Shown here one piece after another: positions 27,961 through 38,243 of a stretch of DNA of 64,000 bases. Under the pieces are notes generated by a model that was not told the origin of the DNA, did no database searches, and was given only the letters and a program-made list of their open reading frames with translations. Origin of the DNA: an uncultured virus (IMG/VR IMGVR_UViG_3300044638_009799) (taxonomy: Duplodnaviria; Heunggongvirae; Uroviricota; Caudoviricetes); IMG/VR virus record IMGVR_UViG_3300044638_009799. The stretch is one strand, 5' to 3'. The position numbers and the translations under genes were made by a program. The first letter of the stretch is position 1, and each line of letters begins with the position of its first letter.

Positions 27961-28716
27961 TTATTTTCTTATTTTGTTCAAAAGGTCAATATTAGATTTC
28001 ATAATTTCAAGATTTTTAACATTTTTAGAAATTAAACTTTTTATAGTAAGTGATCCTTTGTGCTCAACAAAACTTTTATAAGATATTGCAATTTTGTATC
28101 CAAGTTTGGTTAATTTGTAACAAAATGCTTCATCTTCAAACCAAGCCAATGGAAATTCAGGTATTCCTTGAGTGCTATGCCACGCCGCCAACTCAATAAT
28201 GCAGCAATACATAGGAACAAAATTATTAATAATTAATTTTGGTGGTTCATCAACCACATTTTTTCTTTGTAAAATATTTTCATTTACTTGTGGATTATTA
28301 GTAATGGCTGTCATCATGGCAACATTATCATGTCTCATGGAGATAAAGTCTTTATATAAATTTGAAAGCGATTTTCTATCAACTAAACATGAATCACTGT
28401 GCATAATAACAACAATTGTTTTTTCGACATTTCTCATTCCCAGATTAACGCCTGCACCAAAACCCAGATTTTTTTCACTTCTTATAATCTTTATTTTTGG
28501 ATGTTGGCTATACATTAAGCCAAATTCTTTATTTTCAGATCCGTTATCAACTAAAATCAATTTATTGATGATTTGAGAAGAATGCATAAATATACTTTTT
28601 ATCAATTTGTTTACAGATTCATAACATCCATGAAATGGTACAATAATATCAATTAATTTTTCCGTAGGAGGTCTGATATTAACCACTGGCTTAAAACTAT
28701 TTTTTTCAGTTGTCAT
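27961..28716 (-). CDS. GT2 glycosyltransferase
   Basis: DIIVPF, LVDNGS, NLGFGAGVN, WFEDE. Confidence 0.85.
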   Translation of the reverse strand: MTTEKNSFKPVVNIRPPTEKLIDIIVPFHGCYESVNKLIKSIFMHSSQIINKLILVDNGSENKEFGLMYSQHPKIKIIRSEKNLGFGAGVNLGMRNVEKTIVVIMHSDSCLVDRKSLSNLYKDFISMRHDNVAMMTAITNNPQVNENILQRKNVVDEPPKLIINNFVPMYCCIIELAAWHSTQGIPEFPLAWFEDEAFCYKLTKLGYKIAISYKSFVEHKGSLTIKSLISKNVKNLEIMKSNIDLLNKIRK

Positions 28717-29332
28717 TTTCTAACTCAATATTCCAATATGTTTCGTTAAGCCATTGATTCCAGCTTGGATAAATGGTATGCATTTTTATTTCTTTGTACT
28801 TTGGTCTTCTTGGTTCTTTCAAGAGTTTCATTCCATTGATAAATTTTTTGTGTCTTACTTCTTCTGGAAGTCTGCCGCCTTTAATTTTGTTGCATTCTGC
28901 ACAACAAATAACACAATTTTCCCATGTTGTCATGCCTCCCTTGCATCTAGGAAGAACATGATCAATAGTTAATTCTTCTGTTCCGGGTTTTATAGAGCAA
29001 TATTGACATTGATAATTGTCTCTTTTGTAAAGATTATTGCGGCAAAATACTACTCGTTGCTTTGGTATCTTGTCATAACTACACAATCTAATAACTTGAG
29101 GAATTTTTAAAGAAAAATTGATAGTATTGATTGTCTCTTCATCTTGCTCTGGTTTCAGAAGACTCCATTGTTCCCAAGTATATGGAGCGCAATCTATATC
29201 AATAATTTCTGCTTTATGTTTAGTTTCAGCACTATTAAAAATAAGATTAAACGCTTTATAAAGCGGTGTAGTTCCTACAGCAATCCAATGTTTGTTTAGT
29301 ACAAGGACTGGTTTAGTTAGTTTTTGGTCCAT
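28706..29332 (-). CDS. HNH endonuclease (McrA-like)
   Basis: VLVLN..RDNYQCQYC..TIDHVLPRCKGG.TTWENCVICCAECNKIK; ATG 29332 preferred. Confidence 0.88.
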   Translation of the reverse strand: MDQKLTKPVLVLNKHWIAVGTTPLYKAFNLIFNSAETKHKAEIIDIDCAPYTWEQWSLLKPEQDEETINTINFSLKIPQVIRLCSYDKIPKQRVVFCRNNLYKRDNYQCQYCSIKPGTEELTIDHVLPRCKGGMTTWENCVICCAECNKIKGGRLPEEVRHKKFINGMKLLKEPRRPKYKEIKMHTIYPSWNQWLNETYWNIELENDN

Positions 29333-29360
29333 TGCTGTATTTATGGACCAATTCCGTCTT

Positions 29361-29942
29361 TTAAAAATCGTATTCAATTGAATTTGATCTCCAAACAAAT
29401 TCCTTCTTCTTATTAATTCTATTAATTGTTCTTGCCAAACTAAAAAAATAATCACTTAAACGATTAATAAAAACTTGAATTTTTTCATTAGTTTCAACGG
29501 GATCTTCTAAAGAAGCTATGTATGAGCAAAGATTCCTTTCAATGCTTCTTGTTTTAGATCGGCAAATATGAGCAAAAGAAGCTGCTTGAGTTCCATTGGG
29601 AAGAATAAAATTACTAATAGGTTCGTTTTCTTTTTCTTGAACATCTATTTCGTATTCAAGAGTTGTAATTGCCTTTTCTAAACTTTCTTTATTAATCATG
29701 GTATTATAACCTAAGAACGCACCTATATGAAAAATGAGAGATTGAATTCTTCTTTGAAATAATGCATATTTTTCCTGACGTGCTTTTTTCTCTAGCAAGT
29801 AGACAAGATACCCAACATGACTATTAAGTTCATCTAATTCGCCAATAAGATGAATTAGCTTATCATGTTTAGGTGTTTTAGGATTTTTTTTAGTAAACGT
29901 GCAACCTTTATCGCCATAACCTGTGTAGAGACTAGTTGTCAT
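29361..29942 (-). CDS. pduO: PduO-type ATP:cob(I)alamin adenosyltransferase
   Basis: YTGYGDKG, GELDELNS, FILP, RSIER, NRLSDYFF. Confidence 0.88.
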   Translation of the reverse strand: MTTSLYTGYGDKGCTFTKKNPKTPKHDKLIHLIGELDELNSHVGYLVYLLEKKARQEKYALFQRRIQSLIFHIGAFLGYNTMINKESLEKAITTLEYEIDVQEKENEPISNFILPNGTQAASFAHICRSKTRSIERNLCSYIASLEDPVETNEKIQVFINRLSDYFFSLARTINRINKKKEFVWRSNSIEYDF

Positions 29943-30217
29943 TTTTTATTCTCGCTTTTGTTTTGTTTCCTGTTATTTTTCCCAGAATACCTTTTGGTCA
30001 AATTGTGATTTGAATTTAATTGACGCATGAATTTATCGCCACATTTATCACAAATATATTTTGAAGGTAAATTTTGACTACCAAATTCAGCATGAATCAT
30101 GCCACCGCAATGGCACTTCCTTGGATATCCACTAAGACATTCGTCACAAGATGATTGACCAATCTGATGCTTAGCGTTGCCGATACAAACAAAATTCATT
30201 ATTCTATCCTCTGGCAA
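29939..30217 (-). CDS. Cys-rich zinc-binding protein
   Basis: CDEC, CHCG, CDKC. Confidence 0.5.
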   Translation of the reverse strand: MPEDRIMNFVCIGNAKHQIGQSSCDECLSGYPRKCHCGGMIHAEFGSQNLPSKYICDKCGDKFMRQLNSNHNLTKRYSGKNNRKQNKSENKK

Positions 30218-30243
30218 TTTAAAGCAATTCTTATTCGCACCAA

Positions 30244-30270
30244 TTACTGCTGTTTTCCTTTCAGCAGTAA
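30244..30270 (-). promoter_or_regulatory. Hairpin with AAGGA loop (candidate CsrA site or terminator)
   Basis: TTACTGCTG-AAAGGAAAA-CAGCAGTAA on minus strand, intergenic. Confidence 0.45.
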
Positions 30271-30302
30271 CTTAAATGAGTGTGAAATGATAATTTAAAA
30301 CA

Positions 30303-30704
30303 TCAAGGTTTTATAACAATGCTATTTTTGATTTCTCCAAAAGAAGGAGTGCTTGATTCATCTTTATTTTTCAAAGATAACTTTAAAGAATCATTTTCAC
30401 TCTGAAGCTTTTCTATAATAGCAATGTTTTTTCTATCTGGAGGAGGGTCTCTTAATACTATTCCAAGTCCCAAAAAAATACCTAAAATAAATAAACCGAT
30501 ACTTCTTGCTAAACCTGTCACAAAACTAACTAGGCTGAAAATGCGTTGATAAGAACGCTCTTGTGGACCTGTTGGGTTATTATCAGTGCTGGTTGTTTCT
30601 ACTGACATAATTTCACCTCTTATTTTTCCTAAATTTTTCAAATTATATGCTATAGAGTAGTTATTAGGATCAACAACTTTTCTCACAATTTTTTGCTCTG
30701 CCAT
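30303..30704 (-). CDS. Hypothetical membrane protein
   Basis: Hydrophobic segment followed by coiled coil. Confidence 0.45.
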   Translation of the reverse strand: MAEQKIVRKVVDPNNYSIAYNLKNLGKIRGEIMSVETTSTDNNPTGPQERSYQRIFSLVSFVTGLARSIGLFILGIFLGLGIVLRDPPPDRKNIAIIEKLQSENDSLKLSLKNKDESSTPSFGEIKNSIVIKP

Positions 30705-30869
30705 GTCTTTTTATGATAATCAAATTCTTGTGCAGCATGATTTTCATAATCTTCTAACGCATCAAAACAACTGCCTAAGTTCAAAAAATTATCCAAACTT
30801 CTCATAATGAATGAAACAGGAACATCTTTATATTCTTTTGAAAATGCTGAAAACATTTGACGTTTATTT

Positions 30870-31856
30870 TTAGAAGGTTTTTGCATTGCCATATCCTCTG
30901 TAAATCCTTGTAAGTAACTTTTTAGCTTGGTTCTTGTATTCATGAACTTTACTAAATCTGATCAATCTCTTCAAAACCCATATCTTAGTTTTAATGAGAT
31001 CATGATCTAAAATGCAAAGTGATTTCCCGTCACCAAATCCACAAATATTAAAAAAAAATTCAATATTCATATTTTTTGACTTTGGTGGTTTAATAGACTT
31101 CATGTTTTCTACAAAACTTAAAAGTATAAATATAAAATTCTTAATTGTTTCTTGGCAAAGGGTTCCTTCAGGAAATCTAAATTCAATAGTCTTTCTTTTG
31201 AATTTTGTTTTAGAAGCAACAAAATAATTTAATAAATTAAGTGAATATCTTTTTTCAGTTGGGTTTCTAATATTAATTGTCTTAGGTCTATACATTTCCC
31301 ATATTTTCATGCTATTTTTTATAGCAGACATGGCATTCTTGTAATTGTTGTTTTTTATTTTTACTTTTTTGCAATAACGGTTGACAGTTCTTCTGAATGG
31401 AACCATATTAAAAAAAACGTCTTCAATTAAAAGCCAATAACTTATTAATTGTCCCATCTCTTCTTCATTGAAATCTGAAGCATTAATGTGAATGTGATAA
31501 CCGCAATTATTATTAGCTCTAACACCGCTTCTTTTCAAATTATGAGCAACTTTAGAAATTTTTTCAATATCTTCTATCCCGGAAGCGACAAAGGAAGCTA
31601 TTTCATAACCTCCTTCATTAATACCATTGCTTTTAACTCTTCTCCCACAAGACGCATCTGTCTTCACAACCCAATGTGCATTATTAACCGATTGTGTATA
31701 ATTTGATATATTGACTTTCATGTTTGTGGTATTTTTTATAATGTTTGATATAAATCCTCTGGGATATTCATTACCAACTTCTAATTCAACACCAAAATTT
31801 CGTGTTGAATTAAAAGTTTTGTATTGGACCAGCATGTTAATATTCCATTGGTTCAA
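30870..31856 (-). CDS. Amidoligase (COOH-NH2 ligase, Amidoligase_2-like)
   Basis: FGVELEV, W.VKTDAS, YEIAS, CGYHIH, TIEFRFP. Confidence 0.8.
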   Translation of the reverse strand: MNQWNINMLVQYKTFNSTRNFGVELEVGNEYPRGFISNIIKNTTNMKVNISNYTQSVNNAHWVVKTDASCGRRVKSNGINEGGYEIASFVASGIEDIEKISKVAHNLKRSGVRANNNCGYHIHINASDFNEEEMGQLISYWLLIEDVFFNMVPFRRTVNRYCKKVKIKNNNYKNAMSAIKNSMKIWEMYRPKTINIRNPTEKRYSLNLLNYFVASKTKFKRKTIEFRFPEGTLCQETIKNFIFILLSFVENMKSIKPPKSKNMNIEFFFNICGFGDGKSLCILDHDLIKTKIWVLKRLIRFSKVHEYKNQAKKLLTRIYRGYGNAKTF

Positions 31857-31878
31857 TTTAATAGAGCGTGTTTAAATG

Positions 31879-32217
31879 TTAAAGATCGTCCAAATTTCTT
31901 TGTCTATAACCTAAGAATACAGCCAAATTCATAAGATTTTTTTGATTTTCAGAAACCAAATCAACAATTTTTTGATCATTTTCAGTCAAACTTTGAACAA
32001 TCTTTTCGTCGTTTTCCGTGACTATCTTTATGATATTTTCATGATCTTCTAAATTTTTCCCAAAATTTTTGTTTATAAATTCAACAAGTATTTTGAAAGC
32101 ATCAGCATTATCTCGAAGCACTAAATACTGATATCTTAATAAGTAAAAAACAACACAAAAAGAGACAAAATTAAAAGCCAAAGATGTAATTACAAGTATT
32201 TCAGGTGTCACAATCAA
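31879..32217 (-). CDS. Membrane-anchored coiled-coil protein
   Basis: N-terminal TM helix; 11-aa repeat ENDEKIV/ENDQKIV. Confidence 0.5.
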   Translation of the reverse strand: MIVTPEILVITSLAFNFVSFCVVFYLLRYQYLVLRDNADAFKILVEFINKNFGKNLEDHENIIKIVTENDEKIVQSLTENDQKIVDLVSENQKNLMNLAVFLGYRQRNLDDL

Positions 32218-34847
32218 GCTCCAATTGACATGATAAGATTAGGATCATTTTTCCAAGCTTCTGACAGAAATAAATTAATTCTGTCGTTAATATTAGTAGA
32301 GTTAATAAACGACGAATTGTTTAACTGAAGAATCAATGTATTTAGATTAACTGTTACTTTGACATTAAAAGTATTTGCGTCAAACTGAGGACATATGTAA
32401 TTACTCAAAACATAAACTATTACATTCGTTTGGACATCATTAAAACCGACAGTCGATCTCTTTATATTCAAATTTAGTATCCAATTATATCTGTTTGCAA
32501 ACTGATTGTATTCTCCAGTGCAATAAAGATTAAATATTACATTCCAATATTCTTTAGCATTGACGAATGAAGACAAACCTTCAAGCTTTATACTACCAGA
32601 ATATTGATCAATTTTTTCATTATATAACAAAGAAATTATTGATGGTATAGTTAGATTGTTTCTAATAGCAAATCTTGTAAGTTCACTAGATTTTGTCAGA
32701 TTGTGCCTCAATTGAATTTGATATGGAACATTTTTGCAATCGCATATATTTTTCCTAAAAGCCGTTCCCAATCCAATCAAATTCGTGCCTGCATTATTTT
32801 TGAGCAAAGGAGTTACTTGCAATATATTCATATCGCCACCAGTTTCAACAAGCAATGTTCCTTTGTCTGAAGAATTTTGCTGAGATGATCCAGTTACGTC
32901 AATACCACCTGCTGCTGTATAAGAAGTCCCATCTATGCCACCAACTTGAGAAGCTATTACAGATCCTGCCAATTCAAACAAACCAGAAGGTGTATACTCG
33001 TTTTTAGAGCAATAAACAGTTGCTGTGCCGCTTGATTCTAATCCTCCTGTACCTTCAATGTGATTATAATCACTTGTTGCGTAAGCTATTGCTGATATTG
33101 AAACATTGCCCACTGCTCCAATACAAAAATCAACACATTCTGAATTTTCACAAAAACTTGTTACATCTGTATAAACACCATATTGATCTCTTCCTCCCGT
33201 GCCACCACCATATGGACCTGATAAATTATTCGACCATTCAGAAATAGATTTTATATTAATCAAAAAATTAATTGCTTTAATTTTTTTACATACTTCATTT
33301 ACATCCCTTGCCCAAACTTGCTGAACAACTGTTCTTAACTTGTGCTCTGGATTAGGAATTGCTACCTGAGATAAAGGATCATCTTCATAAAAATCAAAAG
33401 ATTCTACTTGAAAAGACTTAAGAGGCAAAGTGCCAAGATTAAAACTAATTGATAAACTTTTTTCAAAAGCAGAAAATGCTCCCAAACTATATAAATTTAA
33501 AAAATCCCAACCAGTAATTGCAAAATTATAAACTCTTAAATCGTCAATCAATGAGTTTTGGCATAAATACGGGTTGCCAGATGAATAAGTCGTACCATCC
33601 CAACCAAGATAAAACTTTCCAGCAGCTAACAAACTTCTTGTAGCAGGTATTTCTCCAAAAATATTTCCATTTAAGAAGAAAACATACCTGCCAATATTTG
33701 CATTATAAACAATACCAAAATGATTCCAATCAGTCAAAGTAGCAGGAATTTCAATTGAAGATCCATTGAGAGTGCCGTCGTTTACTTTAAATATGTTCTT
33801 GCAGTCATAACCAAACTGAATTATATTAACGCCATCTGCTGTCAATATTGATAAAATAGAAACTTGATTTGTTACTTCTGGTAAAGCATCGGAATATCTC
33901 TTAACCCAAAAGGATAATGAATAACTATCTCCTCCATCACCAAGTATATTTCCATTGTATGAAGCATAACCATAATAATCATAACCCAAATAAGACCTTA
34001 AGGAATAAGTATTTCCTATTTGCAATGCATTGTTAAATTTTCCTTCTACTATATAACTGGTGCCTCCTGTAGTGCTATATTGAGTTATAGTTAAATTGGC
34101 GTTTCCAGAATCATCTGCTGTTGAGTTGTCGAATGAATAATAATGTGTTGGCAAGTCCCATAGAATTGCTTGATCGCCACCATTTATTGCATTTGGATTG
34201 CCATTGTTGTAAATATAACTAACTTCTTCTGACATTAATAAATTTTTATAAAATCTAATATCGTCCCAAAATAATGCAGAATTTTTAGAAGGTGACAAAA
34301 CATCGAGGTCTGTTGGTGAAACTGAATTGAATCTAATTGGTGTGTAATTGTAAGCATATGTTATTGGTGTTTGATTGTTTAATTGTACGGAAACATTTGA
34401 CCCATTTTTTTTGATGCAAACAAAATACCAAGTTGACACAGATAATACTGTAGAAGATATTGGATTAGATAAAGAATTAAAGTATATTTTCTTATCAACA
34501 GAATTGTATTTGATTACTAAATCTTCATCTGGACTGTTGATCTTGAATATATTTTGATTTTTATTAATTGTCTCTATTTTGAACCACATGCAAAATGTGA
34601 AAAAATTTCCGTTATAAAAAGCTCCGTTTTTATCTGCATTACCCTCTATCGTTGAAAACTTAGAGGTTAATGCAGCATAATTTAAAATACCAGTCTGATA
34701 TTGATTATTACCAATAAGATCGAAAAATCCAAAACTATCTAAATTGTTATTTTCAAATTTATAATAGTGGACAATGCTAGCTAGATTATCAGCTGATCCT
34801 ACTAGCTCGAAGCCTCCAGAAGTTAAATATTTATAATTTAAAGCCAT
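32214..34847 (-). CDS. LamG/concanavalin-domain virion protein
   Basis: Two LamG-like units (HYYKFE..WFK..DDIRFY; HYYSFD..FWVK..DDLRVY). Confidence 0.7.
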   Translation of the reverse strand: MALNYKYLTSGGFELVGSADNLASIVHYYKFENNNLDSFGFFDLIGNNQYQTGILNYAALTSKFSTIEGNADKNGAFYNGNFFTFCMWFKIETINKNQNIFKINSPDEDLVIKYNSVDKKIYFNSLSNPISSTVLSVSTWYFVCIKKNGSNVSVQLNNQTPITYAYNYTPIRFNSVSPTDLDVLSPSKNSALFWDDIRFYKNLLMSEEVSYIYNNGNPNAINGGDQAILWDLPTHYYSFDNSTADDSGNANLTITQYSTTGGTSYIVEGKFNNALQIGNTYSLRSYLGYDYYGYASYNGNILGDGGDSYSLSFWVKRYSDALPEVTNQVSILSILTADGVNIIQFGYDCKNIFKVNDGTLNGSSIEIPATLTDWNHFGIVYNANIGRYVFFLNGNIFGEIPATRSLLAAGKFYLGWDGTTYSSGNPYLCQNSLIDDLRVYNFAITGWDFLNLYSLGAFSAFEKSLSISFNLGTLPLKSFQVESFDFYEDDPLSQVAIPNPEHKLRTVVQQVWARDVNEVCKKIKAINFLINIKSISEWSNNLSGPYGGGTGGRDQYGVYTDVTSFCENSECVDFCIGAVGNVSISAIAYATSDYNHIEGTGGLESSGTATVYCSKNEYTPSGLFELAGSVIASQVGGIDGTSYTAAGGIDVTGSSQQNSSDKGTLLVETGGDMNILQVTPLLKNNAGTNLIGLGTAFRKNICDCKNVPYQIQLRHNLTKSSELTRFAIRNNLTIPSIISLLYNEKIDQYSGSIKLEGLSSFVNAKEYWNVIFNLYCTGEYNQFANRYNWILNLNIKRSTVGFNDVQTNVIVYVLSNYICPQFDANTFNVKVTVNLNTLILQLNNSSFINSTNINDRINLFLSEAWKNDPNLIMSIGA

Positions 34848-34848
34848 T

Positions 34849-35535
34849 TTAGATTCTTTCGACGATTGCAGATATCAATGGATGTCTTACAATTGATGAA
34901 TCTGGCAAATCAACAACACCTATTCCCTTAACATCTCTAAGCTTTTCCACAATTTCCATAACTGCAATTTTACCGGGCAAATCTGATTGCTTAGGATCTC
35001 CTGTGATGATTAATTTGCTGTTCTGACCCAATCGTGTAAGAAACAATTTTAATTGGGTGTAGGTACAGTTTTGAGCCTCATCAAGGATGCATACAGAATG
35101 TTTAAAAGTGCGACCACGAAGATAAGCTAGTGGAGCAACTTCAAGAGATTTATTAAGAGCCATACGTTGTGGTCCTTCTGTGCCCACCAATTCATCCAAT
35201 GTATCGTAAATTGGAAGCATGTAAGGATGGACTTTATCTTCAAACGATCCCGGTAAAAATCCGAGACGTTCACCAGCTTCAACAATAGGTCTTGTAATTG
35301 TTATTTTTTGTGTTTCCTTTCTAAGGAAACTATAAACAGAATATGCGGTAGAAATGAATGTTTTGCCGCTACCTGCACTGCCTAAAAGGAAAACAATATC
35401 ATTGTTTTGTATTGTTTCCCAACATTTTTTTTGCACAGAATTAAGGAACTCAATATGAAAAAGCTCCTTTTTCTTGGCGCTAGCGTGAACTGGTTTCTGA
35501 ATTTCTTCAGGAGTTGGTTTTTTTCTTCTTTTCAT
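34849..35535 (-). CDS. phoH: PhoH-family ATPase
   Basis: GSAGSGKT, RPIVEAGE.LGFLPG, LRGRTF, DEAQN, GDPKQ, VRH; ATG 35535 preferred. Confidence 0.93.
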   Translation of the reverse strand: MKRRKKPTPEEIQKPVHASAKKKELFHIEFLNSVQKKCWETIQNNDIVFLLGSAGSGKTFISTAYSVYSFLRKETQKITITRPIVEAGERLGFLPGSFEDKVHPYMLPIYDTLDELVGTEGPQRMALNKSLEVAPLAYLRGRTFKHSVCILDEAQNCTYTQLKLFLTRLGQNSKLIITGDPKQSDLPGKIAVMEIVEKLRDVKGIGVVDLPDSSIVRHPLISAIVERI

Positions 35536-35550
35536 AATAGTATATATGGC

Positions 35551-35985
35551 ATGAGAAGTTTTATTATATTCATGGAACAAAAATCTGAAGAAGAAAAAAA
35601 TCTTCAAGACACAATTAAAAAATTACCACAAAAATATAAAGATTTATTAAAAAACTTTAATATTAAATTAACATGTAAAAACACCTTGAATGGAGATAAA
35701 AACCATATTGGTTATATCAATAAATTTGATATAGAAGTAGCTGCTCCATGGAATTATGGCAGAGAATTTACATTTTTACATGAAGTTGCTCATCTTGTTT
35801 TTGAAAAAGTTATTACAGACAAACAGAAAAGTGAATGGAAAAAGCTTGCCAAATTTTACAAAGGCAAGCCAAAAATGAATTCAGAGGAGTTATTTTGCAT
35901 GGTTTTCGCAAACACTTATGCTAATCACCATGTAGAAACATACAATCATCCAAAACTAGTCAATTTTATCAAAAGCTTAAATTAA
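35551..35985 (+). CDS. HExxH metallopeptidase-like phage protein
   Basis: FLHEVAH, EELFC; start MRSFIIFME after TATATA. Confidence 0.55.
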   Translation: MRSFIIFMEQKSEEEKNLQDTIKKLPQKYKDLLKNFNIKLTCKNTLNGDKNHIGYINKFDIEVAAPWNYGREFTFLHEVAHLVFEKVITDKQKSEWKKLAKFYKGKPKMNSEELFCMVFANTYANHHVETYNHPKLVNFIKSLN

Positions 35986-36434
35986 TTACATTTTCCGCCA
36001 CAGCATTGTTTCTTTGGTGCTGTAATGCCGCATTTATCAGGGGCAAGGCAATCTGTCTTCTTTTTGATCAAATTACAAACAAGCGCATTTTTGATAATTT
36101 CAACAGAATCAATATTATAAGTTGCCAGTGTATCTGTCTCGTATTCAACGAGTAGATCCATGTCATTTTCATTTTCTAACAATGTATTAAGCATAATTTT
36201 TCTGATTTTACCAGCATTGATACGATGTTCAAAGTCATTAGCCGCCCAAAGTTGAATAGAAGCGTAAGTTTCATTACGTTCTACTCCACCGCAATCTCTA
36301 AATTTTTTATTAACGGTGGCAGCTTCTGTAACATGAAAATGAAACGGAATAAATTTACCATCAGGTGTTTTGAAGATTACTTGTCTATCTTCTGAAACAA
36401 TTTCAAGATTCTTAAAAAAACTACTTACTTTCAT
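35982..36434 (-). CDS. DUF6428-like protein
   Basis: HFHVTE..DCGG..QLW.A.D.EHR..TDCLAPDKCG..CC. Confidence 0.7.
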   Translation of the reverse strand: MKVSSFFKNLEIVSEDRQVIFKTPDGKFIPFHFHVTEAATVNKKFRDCGGVERNETYASIQLWAANDFEHRINAGKIRKIMLNTLLENENDMDLLVEYETDTLATYNIDSVEIIKNALVCNLIKKKTDCLAPDKCGITAPKKQCCGGKCN

Positions 36435-36445
36435 ACTTTCCTCCT

Positions 36446-37168
36446 TTAAACTGATCTACTTTGTGTTTGACTAACAATTTTAGGCAACAAAGCCATTGCT
36501 TCTTCTGAAAGTCTTTCATATGTGTTGACATCGACAGAAAAATTCTTGTAATGATGAACAAGATTGTTCTTCATAACTTGTGGTCTAAATCCTTCTTGTT
36601 GTGCTTTAAGAGTAGCGATAAAAGCGTTGCCAACAAGAGGTAGTTGTTCAGGGAACCCATGAATCTTTTCAAAGCATTGTCTTGTCATAAGAAGACACCA
36701 TTCTTGAATAAATTCTACCTTTTGGTTTCCAATAAAATATGAGCCAGATTCAACGCCAACAAACCCACTCTTATTAGCTTCTCCGATATTTATAATCAAA
36801 TCAATCCAAGCAGGGTTAAGGACAACCACATCGTGATGCATGAAAATAATATATTTGCTATTTTTATCTGCGTGACGAAAACCAAGATTAGCTGCTGCGC
36901 TAAAATAAAGATTTTTATCAGCTCTTACAACTTTAATATCTTTTTCGAGGTCATCAAGGAATGCTTGTGTTTCCAGTCCACTTTGGTTATCAACTACAAT
37001 AATTTCATAATTATTATTGATTGAATTAACAGCAATTGATTGCAAACAAATATTAAGATATTCTGGTTTATCTTTATGAACAATAACAATTGACACAGAA
37101 TCTTGAACATTTGCTTTAGACAAATCAATCTTAACTTCATTCTTTACTTCAGAAACATTATTAGACAT
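36446..37168 (-). CDS. GT2 glycosyltransferase
   Basis: SIVIVH, EIIVVDNQS, NLYFSAAAN. Confidence 0.8.
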   Translation of the reverse strand: MSNNVSEVKNEVKIDLSKANVQDSVSIVIVHKDKPEYLNICLQSIAVNSINNNYEIIVVDNQSGLETQAFLDDLEKDIKVVRADKNLYFSAAANLGFRHADKNSKYIIFMHHDVVVLNPAWIDLIINIGEANKSGFVGVESGSYFIGNQKVEFIQEWCLLMTRQCFEKIHGFPEQLPLVGNAFIATLKAQQEGFRPQVMKNNLVHHYKNFSVDVNTYERLSEEAMALLPKIVSQTQSRSV

Positions 37169-37169
37169 G

Positions 37170-37430
37170 TTAACCTTCCACTTCTACTTCATAGACATTT
37201 CGTTCACATAAACAATTGATAGACTGCTCTGGCAATCTGATCTTATCTGGATAAGATGCTGGCATAGAGTCCATAAACTTCTGTGCCAGCTCACGAGAAT
37301 TAAAAGCTTTTTCAACCTTTACAGCGGTTAGTCTTCCTTCAACTTCCATAGCTACAGCTATAACAATATAAATTTTCAAACTATTTAACTCCGGTTGAAC
37401 CAAATCCACCTGTCCCACGTTCTGTATCAT
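37170..37430 (-). CDS. Hypothetical protein
   Basis: ORF track; start uncertain (overlaps dut). Confidence 0.4.
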   Translation of the reverse strand: MIQNVGQVDLVQPELNSLKIYIVIAVAMEVEGRLTAVKVEKAFNSRELAQKFMDSMPASYPDKIRLPEQSINCLCERNVYEVEVEG

Positions 37431-37824
37431 TTAATGAAGTAACTTGAACAAATTCTGTATCAATATTTTTCTCAAAAAACATTTGAGCAATTCTTGATTT
37501 ATTCTCTATTTTGTAAGGAAATTTACCAATATTTGTCAACAAGACACAAATATCACTACGGTAATCAGAATCTATGATCCCCGGAGCATTAGTTACAATA
37601 ATACCTTTGCTTGACATGCCGCTTCTGGAAACAATTTTAGCGTGATAACCATCTGGAATGGCTATTGAAAAACCTGCTTTAATCTTAACTGTTTCGAGAG
37701 GATTTAAAACAATTTCATCAGATTCAAGCTTAGCTTTCAAATCAAGTCCAAGCGAACCTTTTGTTGCTCGAACAGGAATGAATTCATTATCATCACAAAC
37801 GATTTCAATTTGAAGAGGATTCAT
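37381..37824 (-). CDS. dut: dUTPase
   Basis: GLDL, SRSG, GIIDSDYR, RIAQ, RGTGGFGSTG. Confidence 0.95.
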   Translation of the reverse strand: MNPLQIEIVCDDNEFIPVRATKGSLGLDLKAKLESDEIVLNPLETVKIKAGFSIAIPDGYHAKIVSRSGMSSKGIIVTNAPGIIDSDYRSDICVLLTNIGKFPYKIENKSRIAQMFFEKNIDTEFVQVTSLNDTERGTGGFGSTGVK

Positions 37825-38197
37825 TTTGAAACTCCTTGCCTGATTGCTCTGAGAGACTGTTTCTCATAGCATTCATGTCTTCAATAGTAATCTCTTCAAG
37901 CTTTTGTGGCAAATCATTTTTTTCATTTTCTGGTGACATACTTGCTATTGCTTCAGTAATTTTATTTTCAATATTATCTAAAAAAAATTGTAGAGCGCCG
38001 TCAGGACATTTTTTTAACTTAATAAGTATTATTTTCTTTATTTTCTCGTCAATTATTACATTTTTAATGTAATTAATAGCAATATCGTGAGTTAAATATT
38101 TAGGTTTTTCCTGATTCCTAATCAAATAATTTCTATCAGAAAGTGTTGTTTTGTTTGGTTTTATTTTTAATTCAAAATTTTGATTTTCAATTGACAT
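37805..38197 (-). CDS. Hypothetical protein
   Basis: ORF track, SD AAGGA. Confidence 0.45.
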   Translation of the reverse strand: MSIENQNFELKIKPNKTTLSDRNYLIRNQEKPKYLTHDIAINYIKNVIIDEKIKKIILIKLKKCPDGALQFFLDNIENKITEAIASMSPENEKNDLPQKLEEITIEDMNAMRNSLSEQSGKEFQNESSSN

Positions 38198-38243
38198 ATT
38201 AAAATCCTTATAAAATTACATACATACTAACATAGGGTGAAAA

